Shown piece by piece: positions 49,315 to 59,182 of a stretch of 64,000 bases of DNA. A model generated the notes under the pieces. The model searched no databases and was not told where the DNA came from. It saw nothing but the letters and a program-made list of their open reading frames with translations. This DNA comes from Candidatus Bathyarchaeota archaeon. Its GTDB lineage: Archaea; Thermoproteota; Bathyarchaeia; 40CM-2-53-6; RBG-13-38-9. Positions within the stretch are counted from its first letter, which is position 1. Each line of letters begins with the position of its first letter. Both the position numbers and the translations under genes were made by a program. The stretch lies in contig CAWECG010000003.1 of the NCBI GenBank assembly GCA_963807605.1, positions 224,001 to 288,000 on the forward strand. Reading direction: 5' to 3'.

Positions 49315-49483
49315 TGGTGCGGGGAGTGGGACATTCGCCGACCTTGGACGCATTTCCAAAGGCCAGGATTCGAACCCACGTAGGGCTACCCCACGGGATG
49401 ACTCATCCTGTGAGGTGATCTTGAGTCTCACGCGCACACGCTTTGTGCGTCCCGCGCATTTGACCTGGCTCTGCCATCCCCGC
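49315..49483 (-). tRNA. tRNA-Leu(CAA) with three BHB introns (30/31, 37/38, 59/60), CCA encoded
   Basis: Removing 24+20+37 nt gives an 88-nt cloverleaf GCGGGGA...CGGGA CTCAAGA TCCCG...GTGGG TTCGAAT CCCAC TCCCCGC ACCA. Confidence 0.92.
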
Positions 49484-49619
49484 CTATAGAACAGACCGAT
49501 CAACTAGAGTGACAATAAAGCTTTCCAACAATCTCGTCGGGGCCCAAGATAGCACCGACTCTTGATAACATCACATACGGGACAAAATTTTAGAAATAGT
49601 CTGTCAGGAATCGCTGAGA

Positions 49620-49928
49620 TTATAGAAGTTCGATCTCGACGAAGACATCATCGGGTGTCCGGATTCTCATCAGACGTTTCATAAATCGCTCGTTAGGGTC
49701 GACGTCGATTAGCCGCTTGTGGATCCTCATCTCAAATTTGTCCCACGTATGAGTTCCCTGCCCGCAAGGCGTCTTTCTTGTTGGGACGATCAGCTTCTTG
49801 GTCGGGAGCGGGATTGGTCCACGGAGCTTAACCGCGGTTCTCTCCGCGATCTTCTTTATCTCATCACACATTGAGATTAGATGTTCAGGCTCCGTGCTTG
49901 AGAGTCTTATCCGTGCTTTGCCTGGCAT
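49620..49928 (-). CDS. rps10: 30S ribosomal protein uS10
   Basis: [31 protein letters not shown]. Confidence 0.97.
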   Translation of the reverse strand: MPGKARIRLSSTEPEHLISMCDEIKKIAERTAVKLRGPIPLPTKKLIVPTRKTPCGQGTHTWDKFEMRIHKRLIDVDPNERFMKRLMRIRTPDDVFVEIELL

Positions 49929-50022
49929 GTGAGCGATGTCCCAACCTAACCATAAACGGGTACACACTAGGAAACGTGTGGATTTTAAAAAGGTTTAGGT
50001 AAAGAATCGGATGGGTGGAGGC

Positions 50023-51321
50023 TTAACCTTTCTCTGTAATTTCCTTTACTACTCCAACCGCGATGGTCATGCCCATGTCTCTTACGGCGAATCTTCCTAG
50101 TTGTGGGATCTCGCTGTAGGGCTCAAGGACTATCGGGCTGAGCGGTCTCAACTTTACTAGCGCACCGTCACCAGCCTTTAGGAATGCAGGCTTCTCCTCG
50201 ATGACTTGGCCTGTTCGAGGATCGATCTTAGCGACGAGCTCTGTGAAGGTAGCTGCCATCGTAACTGTGTGGGCATGGAGTACAGGGGTGTATCCTTGCG
50301 CTATCGCTGTTGGATGGTAGATAATTATTATCTGGCCTGTGAACTCCTTTGCTACCGTTGGAGGTTTGTCTGGATGGCCGACCACGTCTCCACGGTGGAC
50401 GGTTCCTCTGTCGACTCCTTTGATGTTGAATCCTATGTTGTCTCCAGGCTCAGCCTGCGGCATCTTTGTGTGGTGGGTCTCTATAGTCTTGCACTCACCG
50501 GGTACGTTTCCGGGCATGATGACGACCTTGTCACCCTCTTTGAGAATGCCTGTCTCGACTCTGCCAACAGGAACCGTTCCTATTCCTGTTATCGAGTATA
50601 CGTCTTGAACAGGGATCCTTAGTGGTTTGTCTACAGGCTTGGGTGGTTGTGTGAAACCGTCCAGTACCTGCAAGAGTGTTGGGCCTTTATACCATGGCAT
50701 CTTGTCACTCTGTTTGGCAAGGTTGTCTCCTGTCCAGCCTGAGACCGGCACGAAGGCTATCTTGCTGGTGTCGTAACCAACGACCTTAAGCAAGGATTCT
50801 AGCTCTTTCTTGCATTCCTCGTATCTTGCCTGAGAATACTTGACAGTATCATCATCCATCTTCGTTATGGCTACAGCCAGCTGGTTGACCCCTAAAGTTC
50901 TTGCAAGATAGGCATGCTCTCTTGCTTGGCCTCCAGGCCCGACGCCTACCTCAAACTCGCCCTTCCTCGCGGAGACGGTGAGAATTGCGCAGTCCGCCTG
51001 GCTTGTGCCTGTGATCATGTTCTTGATGAAGTCTCTGTGTCCAGGTGCATCTATTATCGTGTAGAAGATCTTGGGTGTCTCAAACTTCTGAAAGCTGAGG
51101 TCTATTGTGACCCCTCGTTCACGTTCCTCTTTGAGGCTGTCAAGGACCCAAGCAAACTTGAAAGTCTCTCCAGCCCCAGTCTTCTCTGACTCTTTAGCGT
51201 ACTCGTCAATCTTCTTTGCATCGATGTAGCCGGTCTGATAGAGGAGGTTTCCGGTCATCGTGCTCTTTCCGTGGTCAACATGGCCGATGACTATCAAATT
51301 CAGATGGGGCTTTGTACTCAA
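50023..51321 (-). CDS. tuf: Elongation factor 1-alpha
   Basis: GHVDHGKST, ERERGVTI, DAPGHRDF, LGRFAVRDMG; TTG start taken at 51321. Confidence 0.97.
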   Translation of the reverse strand: MSTKPHLNLIVIGHVDHGKSTMTGNLLYQTGYIDAKKIDEYAKESEKTGAGETFKFAWVLDSLKEERERGVTIDLSFQKFETPKIFYTIIDAPGHRDFIKNMITGTSQADCAILTVSARKGEFEVGVGPGGQAREHAYLARTLGVNQLAVAITKMDDDTVKYSQARYEECKKELESLLKVVGYDTSKIAFVPVSGWTGDNLAKQSDKMPWYKGPTLLQVLDGFTQPPKPVDKPLRIPVQDVYSITGIGTVPVGRVETGILKEGDKVVIMPGNVPGECKTIETHHTKMPQAEPGDNIGFNIKGVDRGTVHRGDVVGHPDKPPTVAKEFTGQIIIIYHPTAIAQGYTPVLHAHTVTMAATFTELVAKIDPRTGQVIEEKPAFLKAGDGALVKLRPLSPIVLEPYSEIPQLGRFAVRDMGMTIAVGVVKEITEKG

Positions 51322-51391
51322 GATCTTAACCTCTCGATTCCGCAATTCGTAGAGTTGGGGCTCGCAAATATTTAAGGATTAGAGTCCCGCG

Positions 51392-51979
51392 CTACCTTGA
51401 TGCTTGGGCGACTCTCTCCATCTCATCGCGCTTCTTTATCGCAAAGCTCTTACTATCTCTGGAGGCGGCGTGGATGATCTCGTCAGCGAGAGCTTCATCC
51501 ACGGTCTTGGGGTTGCTGAAGGCTGCCTGTCTTGCTCCCTCAGCTAGATGGCGAAGAGCTAAGTCGACTCTCCGCTGAGGACCGATATCCACTGAGACCG
51601 GGTAGACGACGCCACCGTACGCTACACGAGTGATGTCCTCACATGGAGCTGACTTGGTAACAGCTTCTACAAGGACCTCGACCGGATTCTTCCCTGTCCT
51701 AAGGTGAACAATCTCAAGCGCATTCTTGACTATTCCTGTAGCCTTGGCCTTCTTTCCACCACATCTTCCGTGACGCATCATATTGTTCAGCAAACGTTCA
51801 ACGATATTGACATTAGACTTCATGAACCTCTGATGTTCATGCCTTCCACCGCTATGGGGGTTCTCGATGGGTTTGAGACCAATGTAACGCTGCAATCCAG
51901 CATCGTGAACCTCAATCCCTTCGAAGCTCCACTTGCCGAAGAGCTGAAAGGTAGGGCGAGCCTTCTCATCCTTACTCAA
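51392..51979 (-). CDS. rps7: 30S ribosomal protein uS7
   Basis: LFGKW, PHSGGRH, IVERL, KKRDEMERVAQASR. Confidence 0.97.
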   Translation of the reverse strand: MSKDEKARPTFQLFGKWSFEGIEVHDAGLQRYIGLKPIENPHSGGRHEHQRFMKSNVNIVERLLNNMMRHGRCGGKKAKATGIVKNALEIVHLRTGKNPVEVLVEAVTKSAPCEDITRVAYGGVVYPVSVDIGPQRRVDLALRHLAEGARQAAFSNPKTVDEALADEIIHAASRDSKSFAIKKRDEMERVAQASR

Positions 51980-52083
51980 ACTATTCTAACACCAAACCTT
52001 GCGCGACTCCTATGAGAACTTGAAAACTCGATAATAAGGCTTTAGATTCACTCTGACAACAGTGGAGTCGTCATCTTTTTGAA

Positions 52084-52411
52084 AGGCGGCGGCGGCATCC
52101 CCAGAGGATTAGTACTCATCACAACAACGGAGTCCCAACGGCTTTCTGGACCCTGTTCTCCTGCCAGCGCCAAACCGTCCGCCTTACGATTGCTCTCTTC
52201 CGAGCCTCACCGGGTTCGACGGCAAAGAGATAGGTAACCTCCCTTCAGAGGCACCCCCTCCTCCGTCGGCCCAACAGGGCAGAGTTTCATCGTTAGCAAC
52301 TGGGCCCGATTGTTGGTCAGCAGCACCTTACCCCCAAGTTAACGGATCCCTGCGTGTAGCCGATTTCAGGTGACAAGGAACGGCTGGCTCCCCAATCCCC
52401 CGCCACCGCCA
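52084..52411 (-). ncRNA. ffs: Signal recognition particle (7S) RNA
   Basis: Paired ends GGCGGTGGCG/CGCCGCCGCC; helix 8 CGGTGAGGCTCGGAAGAGAGCAATCG with GGAA tetraloop. Confidence 0.88.
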
Positions 52412-52436
52412 GTGATAAACGCGCTTAAGCTCCCAA

Positions 52437-53369
52437 TTAAGCTTCCCGAGGAAGACACTCAATATCTCCGTTCCGCTCAAGGATCTCACATACTTTGCAT
52501 AGATCTCTACTTGTCCATTCGCCGCAGATCCTGCACGAATTAAGTTCTATCTTACGCCCGGCAAGTAGACTGCTCAACTTCATCTTTGAAGAGTAGGCTG
52601 TATGCTTCAAACCCGGATGCTTCTCCTCCAACCTGTTGAAGATCTCCCTCACCTCATTTCTCAAGGCTCTACTCCTATATGGACATGGGATACTCTGAAA
52701 CTCAAGACCTGTCAAATAGGCGTAGAGCGTTGTCTCACGTTCATAGATTTCGCTGAGAGGTTTGACTCTTGGGATGAATCTCCGGTTCGGATCGATAAGT
52801 ACAGGTCCTGTCCTCACCAACCTCTCAACGCCGCCGTGGAGAATGTTCAAGAGTGCAGTTTGAACCTCATCATCAAGATTATGTCCGGTAGCGATCTTGT
52901 CAGCTCCGATTGTTCTTGCAGCCTTCTCAAGGCCGCGTCTGCGAAGTACACCACAGTAGGAGCATGGAGCTAACTTCTTCTGTCTTTCAACGATCTCGTC
53001 AAGAGTCATCTGGAAAAGATCCTTGAATGAGAAGACCCAATGTTCCAACTTCAGAGAGTCAGCAAGGGTCTTGGCAAGGGATATAGCCTCGTCTCTGTAT
53101 TCTCTGATTCCTTCATCAATGGTTACAGCTGTGAGCCTTGACAGCGGAAATCTAGTCTTAAGTTTGCTCAGTATCAAGAGAAGGCTTAGGCTATCTTTGC
53201 CCCCTGAGACCGCGACAGCTATGTGGTCTCTAGGGTTAAACATCTGGTACTTGGAGATGGTGGATTGAACTTTATCTTCGACGCTTCGCCTAAAACATCT
53301 CTGGCAGAGATTAACCCCTTCATGCTCTCGTCTGTAGAAGGCTAACGACCCACAGAAGTTGCACAGCAA
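52437..53369 (-). CDS. ncsA: tRNA 2-thiolation protein NcsA/Ncs6/TtuA
   Basis: N- and C-terminal zinc fingers, SGGKDS, CSYCGVLRR, TGHNLDD. Confidence 0.9.
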   Translation of the reverse strand: MLCNFCGSLAFYRREHEGVNLCQRCFRRSVEDKVQSTISKYQMFNPRDHIAVAVSGGKDSLSLLLILSKLKTRFPLSRLTAVTIDEGIREYRDEAISLAKTLADSLKLEHWVFSFKDLFQMTLDEIVERQKKLAPCSYCGVLRRRGLEKAARTIGADKIATGHNLDDEVQTALLNILHGGVERLVRTGPVLIDPNRRFIPRVKPLSEIYERETTLYAYLTGLEFQSIPCPYRSRALRNEVREIFNRLEEKHPGLKHTAYSSKMKLSSLLAGRKIELNSCRICGEWTSRDLCKVCEILERNGDIECLPREA

Positions 53370-53378
53370 CGGATTTCA

Positions 53379-54536
53379 CTAGATCCTTACTAAACCGAAG
53401 TTAAAGTATGATAGAACTAGGTTCAAGCCCAAGACAGTCAGAAACACTATACTCAGAGCGATCCTGACATACTTGGCGGCTGCCTCTGATCTTGAGCTTA
53501 TGAGAGAGTGGACTATCTTATCGCCATCGAGTGGGTACAAGGGCAATGTGTTGAATATGGCAATCCAGACCAACAGGGCAGACGTCCAGTATTCTGACCA
53601 ATAAATATGGTAAGGTAAGTCTTTGGGGAGAAAAATCAAATTCGGCGCGAAGTAATTGAACGGATAGACGCCTAGCAGAGCTCTACTCAAATTCTGGGGG
53701 TTGGGTTGAGCCGTAACATCGATAGAACCGCGATCGGTTCTCAAAGATAGGACTGTTCCCGGCCTGACATTAAGCATGAAAGCTCCCAGTTCAGCGACGT
53801 TACGAATAGGCTGGTTGTTGATGGCGTAGATGACGTCCCATTTTCTTATTCCGGCCTTTTCGGAACCCCCGTTTTCAACCACTCCAGAGACCAGAATCCC
53901 TGTTGGACCATGGTACAGTGGGCTGATTGTTAGAGCAAAGTTGGCCAGCAGAAGTATGACAACCCCCCAGGCTACGATATTTGCTGAGGAGCCCGCTGCG
54001 AAGACCCTCAGCTTGGTAGCGAGTCTCGATTTCTCAAGCTTCTCATCATCTAATTCACACGCCCCTCCAGGAATAAGGACGGCAAAGAAGACCGCAACAG
54101 ACTTGATCGAAACACCATCTACCAAGCTTGCGATCGCGTGAGCGAATTCATGAGTTATAAGAACAACAGCCAAGGCCACGATGATGTACGGCAACGTTTC
54201 CAAACTGACCGTTACCCCCGGAATAAGTAAGACCATACCTGCTGCCTGTGGAGCTCTGGTGGTTAGGTCAAGCAAGTTATGTGATAGAAAATAGATTATG
54301 AAACCCATCTGACCAAAAGCTAAGACCACACCGAGATTCCATATGATTCTCCAAATTCGCACCCTCTTCTGAGAAAGCGAATTCAGGCTCTCATTAAGAC
54401 GAGACGTTCTAATCATCAAGAAGAGAGGCTCGACAGTTACACCTCTCTTCTCCCAAACGAATATCCTTGACAGTATGTAAAGCAAAGCCCAAGCAGCAAG
54501 ATAGACCAAGACTGTGAAGATGATGTCAGGCATCAC
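53379..54536 (-). CDS. Site-2 protease (M50) with PDZ domain
   Basis: HEFAH, AGSSAN, FNTLPLYPLDG. Confidence 0.92.
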   Translation of the reverse strand: MMPDIIFTVLVYLAAWALLYILSRIFVWEKRGVTVEPLFLMIRTSRLNESLNSLSQKRVRIWRIIWNLGVVLAFGQMGFIIYFLSHNLLDLTTRAPQAAGMVLLIPGVTVSLETLPYIIVALAVVLITHEFAHAIASLVDGVSIKSVAVFFAVLIPGGACELDDEKLEKSRLATKLRVFAAGSSANIVAWGVVILLLANFALTISPLYHGPTGILVSGVVENGGSEKAGIRKWDVIYAINNQPIRNVAELGAFMLNVRPGTVLSLRTDRGSIDVTAQPNPQNLSRALLGVYPFNYFAPNLIFLPKDLPYHIYWSEYWTSALLVWIAIFNTLPLYPLDGDKIVHSLISSRSEAAAKYVRIALSIVFLTVLGLNLVLSYFNFGLVRI

Positions 54537-54715
54537 AGTCCCTCAATATCCGGCAACTGTCTCTGAGCGAACTCATAGTGCATGATGACACCGACAACTC
54601 TGATTATCTGCGATTCTTAGCATGTGATGGATAATCATCTATTAAACTTGTAGAAAGAACACGACTATTGTGTTGACGAGAGCGCGCTTATGACGGACCC
54701 AGCCCTAATCAGCCT

Positions 54716-55795
54716 CTAGGCCTCTCGATGCTTAGCATACCTCAGTAGACCAGCTACTCCGCCGAGCGATTCGAGTTTTCTTCCTCCCTCGTGGCCTGTG
54801 CTAATGATCACTACTTTTCCTCCTTTGGTCTCAACCGTTCGTAATGTCTCCTCCAGCTTTCGCCTATCCTCTCCCTCAAGACCTCTCAAGGTTTGATCAG
54901 AGACGAGTATCGTTTCAACAGCACCTGAGGCTGCATCCTCTGAGACTTCATCAACACCGTAAGAGATATCGCCGGTCGAGGCACCCAGTCTGGACAGAAC
55001 CTCCTCGACAAGTTCGAGCTCCCTCATGCTTCTTGCGCTGCGTAAAACCTTGCTTATGAGACCGACTCGAAGAGCCTCGAAGACCCCTGCAGACCCCCCG
55101 CTGCTGACACTCTTGACCGCAGCAACATCATCAGCGAGGCTTGGGAAGTTGTTCTTTAAGTACCTCGCAAGATGCTCTTTTGCAAAGGCAGGCCCGACTA
55201 TCACTATCTGACCTGCTACACTGAATTTGATCCTCGCCAAAGCGCTTGATATCTCTGATAGATATTTCGCCATGGCTTGTTCACGTTTCTCAGCCTCACG
55301 CTTGCCGGGCATTCTAGAATTGAGTTCAATCTTAATCTCAACACCCAGTCTGCGTGAGACTCCTATCGCGCACTCTTCATTGTCGAGTGCGACAATTATC
55401 ACGGGAAACTCTAAGGTAGCAGCCTTCTTTATACTCTCAAGTTCGTGCCGCGCCCAACTCTTCTTGATGATCTTGACTGTGCCCCCCGGAGAGAGGCTGA
55501 GGGTATGGTGTGAACTTAGGATGCCTAGATCATCAGGAGCTTCCATCACAACTCCGTGGATGCGCAACCGGACAAGATCTTTGTCGAAGTAGACTTTCTC
55601 AACCTTTATACCGAGAGTCGCGGGGACCCGTCTACTGGAAGGTCTGCTGGCGTCCTCGGTCTTCACTTCACGCGTCGTCTTGGAAAAGACGACATCATCC
55701 TTTCTCACTATGTTGTAGAGTGTCCAAAGATCATCCAGATCATCAAGAGAGACCTGAATGGTCTCGTGTTTGAGATCCTCCGACAGAATCCTCAA
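54716..55795 (-). CDS. pelA: Pelota/Dom34 ribosome rescue factor
   Basis: DDLWTLYN, RLRIHG, HHTL, LESLGGVAGLLRY. Confidence 0.95.
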   Translation of the reverse strand: MRILSEDLKHETIQVSLDDLDDLWTLYNIVRKDDVVFSKTTREVKTEDASRPSSRRVPATLGIKVEKVYFDKDLVRLRIHGVVMEAPDDLGILSSHHTLSLSPGGTVKIIKKSWARHELESIKKAATLEFPVIIVALDNEECAIGVSRRLGVEIKIELNSRMPGKREAEKREQAMAKYLSEISSALARIKFSVAGQIVIVGPAFAKEHLARYLKNNFPSLADDVAAVKSVSSGGSAGVFEALRVGLISKVLRSARSMRELELVEEVLSRLGASTGDISYGVDEVSEDAASGAVETILVSDQTLRGLEGEDRRKLEETLRTVETKGGKVVIISTGHEGGRKLESLGGVAGLLRYAKHREA

Positions 55796-56049
55796 GAATC
55801 TACCAGATCCATCTCAGTTCAAATCTCAGTTGAAGCATTGGCCTCTATACCTAGACTATTTGTATGAAGATGTGTGTTTGAATCATAAATTATCATATTC
55901 CAGAGGATAAGATTGTTGATGAATTAGACAACTGCTTATCAGCCACACGATGAGGCAGTAGCGTGTCTGCTGCTTTATCTATGAGTCCCTAGCGGAAGAA
56001 TTTAAGCGATTGTCGGATGCAAATCTCGAATGAAACAGCTGACTTTGTG

Positions 56050-56340
56050 TTACAGTGCTTTGATCTTGGCGTAAAAATCGATTAGCACCTTTGTCCTCTC
56101 GGAGATCTCGTTCAAACTGATTATTTTCATACCCTGGTCAAATCTATCTGATAGGACTATCTGTTCCTTTATCAGCGGCTCGATAACCCTCGCTATTGTT
56201 GATGGCGAGAGCCCAAGGATGTTGGCAAGAAGCGACTGATTGAAAATCTTACCTCTATTCTCCAACATATATTCAAGGAGCTTCACAGTCGCCCAAGACT
56301 GGAAAATATCTGTGAGTCTTACCAACTTAACCTTCCACAC
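56050..56340 (-). CDS. Winged-helix DNA-binding protein
   Basis: FNQSLLANILGLSPSTIARVIEPL. Confidence 0.75.
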   Translation of the reverse strand: MWKVKLVRLTDIFQSWATVKLLEYMLENRGKIFNQSLLANILGLSPSTIARVIEPLIKEQIVLSDRFDQGMKIISLNEISERTKVLIDFYAKIKAL

Positions 56341-56347
56341 GAATTAG

Positions 56348-57028
56348 TTAGAAGATCACTTTTGTGCCGACCTTCTTTCCTTCAACTGCGCGTATCAGGT
56401 TTTCAGGATTCTCAGCATTGAGGATTAACGTTGGAATTTTTGAGCGGCCAATTATCTTGACTGCCACTGGGTCCAAGAGTTTGTATCCGCCAGCTGAAGT
56501 TCCCTCCCTTAGGACGAGTTTAAGCAGATCTTCAACACTCACCTCTTCCAGCCTCTTTGCACTTGGATCGAGTTTGGGGTCGCTGGTGTATACTCCATCA
56601 ACGTCGGTAGCATTTATCAACATCTCAGCGCCAGCAACTTCCGCTGCAACAGCGGCAACGGCATTCGTCGACTGACCTGGTTGAAGACCCCCTATCACAA
56701 CAATTTTGCCAGACTGACAGAAACTTCTCAGCTCCTCAACATTTTCAGGAACTTGGGGATAAGCATCATTGCCAAGCGCAGATATGAGCAAATTAGCATT
56801 GAGCCGTGCGAAACGAATTCCAACCTCATCACAATAAGACTCATCACCGCCAAGTCGCCTAGCCGCCTCGATGTACGTTCTAGCGTTTACGCCGCCGCCT
56901 GTCACGACGACAAGACTGTGACCATTATTCCTCAATCTCTTCAAGACGGCGGAGAATTCCTGGATCCTCTCGATATTGAGTCCAGATGGGAAGAGATAGC
57001 CGCCAAGCTTGATAACTAATCTCATCAC
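56348..57028 (-). CDS. pyrH: UMP kinase
   Basis: VIKLGG, VTGGG..AR.YI, PGQSTNAVA, TDVDGVY. Confidence 0.95.
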   Translation of the reverse strand: MMRLVIKLGGYLFPSGLNIERIQEFSAVLKRLRNNGHSLVVVTGGGVNARTYIEAARRLGGDESYCDEVGIRFARLNANLLISALGNDAYPQVPENVEELRSFCQSGKIVVIGGLQPGQSTNAVAAVAAEVAGAEMLINATDVDGVYTSDPKLDPSAKRLEEVSVEDLLKLVLREGTSAGGYKLLDPVAVKIIGRSKIPTLILNAENPENLIRAVEGKKVGTKVIF

Positions 57029-57415
57029 TCTTTACCCGAACAAGTGAAGGAATCGATTCTCCACTTATTTAAGACCGATACACTGTCGACAGGATCCAAT
57101 GCTTCTTGCCTGTCATCGATGTACTAATCGCCTTTTCGTGAATGTGCCTCTTCTATCAGGAGTATGCCTAGGAGTCCTGCTAGGACTAGAACAGAGGCTG
57201 TTCTCAGTTAGTTGCGTAGGTTGCATCACAGCCATAGTGCCTGCGAGGCCGGAGCCTAGTGCCATGGCTATGTCTGATGTCGACCAGATGAGGGTTGAAA
57301 CTAAACCAGTACGCGCGCGCGTCTCGACATACCAGTATTGTCAGGACGCCTTTTGAAGGAGTCAAGACTTTGTTTTGTTTCCGGCAAAAAATCAGGGGGG
57401 CTTGAACTCAGATCG

Positions 57416-57509
57416 TGGTGGGCCGGGGGAGATTTGAACTCCCGACCTTGCGGCCTTTCAGGTTTCCGCGTGTAAGGCGGACGTTCTAGCCAAGCTGAAC
57501 TACCGACCC
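57416..57509 (-). tRNA. tRNA-Val(TAC) with a 16-nt intron at 44/45, CCA encoded
   Basis: TCCGC CTTACAC GCGGA anticodon arm; BHB GCGG-AAA...CCGC-AAG; mature length 78 nt. Confidence 0.92.
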
Positions 57510-57622
57510 AGCAAAGTTCTCTGTTATTTCCCCTGTCTTGATATAGGTTTCTGGCCTATACCCTTCCTCACACTGTTCGGATGTGATAAGACCTGACCGT
57601 CGACAAAGAGATTTCACCACTA

Positions 57623-58366
57623 TTGAATACGATCCTTGAAAGACGGAGTATACGACGCTTTGCCAAAAGACCGGTCTCTCAAAAGACACTCAAGACTATA
57701 ATAAACGCTGGGCAACGAGCACCAACATCCTGCGGAACCCAGTTCTACAGCTTCATAGAAGTCAGAAGCATGACGAAGAGGAGAGCAATCACGGAACTTG
57801 TTGGCGAGAACCAAGCCTTGGAATCGGCTCCAATCTGGCTATTCGTGTGCTGCGATGCAGCGCGCCCGATGAAGATATTTGAGATGCTTAACATAGACTG
57901 TCACCTGGGTGAGGTGACGAGGCTTGTTCACAGCCTGATAGACGCATCACTTGCAGCCCAGAACATAGTGATCGCCTCGGAGGCACTCGGCCTCGCTTCG
58001 GTCTTTACAATCTATCATTGGATGGCTCTTGGAGAAATTGCTGGTCTTTTGCGCCTACCAGATAATGTTCTGCCACTCCTACTATTGTGCATAGGCTATC
58101 CGGCGGAGAAGCCCCCTCTTCGACCGAGATGGGGAACTGAGATTGTTTTTCATGTGAATAGGTACGGGCTGCCAGCCAAGGAGACTATGCTGAGACATTA
58201 CAGCAAGAGCAACACGTCCCTTGTCAGAATGGGTTATTTCAGTAAAGGAGTCGAGAGTCTTGCCCAACACTGGCAAAGGAAATTCTTAACAAATGACATG
58301 ATTCTTCGCGAAAGGAAATTAAGGAGAGAACTTAAGAAACTAGGCTTCCTTCCAAAGACGCTTTGA
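57623..58366 (+). CDS. Nitroreductase (NfsA/Frp-like)
   Basis: RRSIRRF, APTS, DASLAAQN..IASEALGL, LCIGYP...P..RPR. Confidence 0.9.
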   Translation: MNTILERRSIRRFAKRPVSQKTLKTIINAGQRAPTSCGTQFYSFIEVRSMTKRRAITELVGENQALESAPIWLFVCCDAARPMKIFEMLNIDCHLGEVTRLVHSLIDASLAAQNIVIASEALGLASVFTIYHWMALGEIAGLLRLPDNVLPLLLLCIGYPAEKPPLRPRWGTEIVFHVNRYGLPAKETMLRHYSKSNTSLVRMGYFSKGVESLAQHWQRKFLTNDMILRERKLRRELKKLGFLPKTL

Positions 58367-58388
58367 ATAAGAAGGTTACGGGAAAACA

Positions 58389-59129
58389 TTGCCAAAAGCC
58401 AAAAAGCGAAACGTGACCAGAACCAAGGCGGTGCTGTTCGATCTTGACGAGACTCTGATAGATTCTATCCAAGGTCACACCGGAGCCCATGCCACTGTAT
58501 GCAGGATCCTCGCCCAGTTCTTGGCAAGGAAAAAGGTCATGATCGACGAAAGAGAACTGCTCCCAAAGATGTCAACCCTTGATGACGAAATGAATAAGAA
58601 ATTCATTTATGATCGTGATGTGTGGTGGCCTAGACTCATCAAGACGATCGCGCCAAAGGTATCGCTTCCTAGAAGTCTAGTCAAGAGACTGACTAGGGCC
58701 TACTGGCTGGCGTACGCTTCAGATGCGAAACCTTACTCAGATACAGTATCGACGCTCAATTGCCTGAAGAAGAAAGGATACCTGCTCGGTCTATTGTCAG
58801 ATACGGATCACCTCCCAGGAATGAAGCGGTACAGAATAGAGATACAACCGTTCAAACATCTCTTCAACCTCACCTTGGTCTCAGGGGAAGAGACAAAAGA
58901 GACGAAGCCAAGTTCTGAACCCTTCTTGGTTGCGGCAGATAAACTCGGTGTGAAACCCGAGGAGTGCATCTTTGTGGGCGACAAACCCTTCGCAGATGTA
59001 AAAGGTGCGAAGAAAGCAAGAATGAAGACAGTTCTCATTCATAGACGCGAATGGGGATCCACGATCAAGGCGGATTACACAATAAAGTCGCTGAGCGAGC
59101 TCAAAAACATTCTACGAAATGAGTCATGA
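58389..59129 (+). CDS. HAD-superfamily hydrolase
   Basis: FDLDETL, KP, VGD...DV.GA. Confidence 0.9.
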   Translation: MPKAKKRNVTRTKAVLFDLDETLIDSIQGHTGAHATVCRILAQFLARKKVMIDERELLPKMSTLDDEMNKKFIYDRDVWWPRLIKTIAPKVSLPRSLVKRLTRAYWLAYASDAKPYSDTVSTLNCLKKKGYLLGLLSDTDHLPGMKRYRIEIQPFKHLFNLTLVSGEETKETKPSSEPFLVAADKLGVKPEECIFVGDKPFADVKGAKKARMKTVLIHRREWGSTIKADYTIKSLSELKNILRNES

Positions 59130-59182
59130 ATCGCCAAATCCCTTCCGGGAATTTGATGTATCTTCTCCCAGTGACTGGTTTG

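Noticed and set aside
50206-51189. Plus-strand ORFs overlapping EF-1alpha, and similar antisense ORFs throughout the track
   Set aside because: Shadow ORFs of well-supported genes, with no recognisable motifs.
54514-54640. C/D box sRNA (CTGA 54563, ATGATGA 54582, CTGA 54600)
   Set aside because: A complete C-D'-C'-D set with normal spacing could not be assembled, and no rRNA target was recognised.
57391-57410. att remnant of tRNA-Val (GGGGGGCTTGAACTC)
   Set aside because: The match is short and gapped and could be chance.
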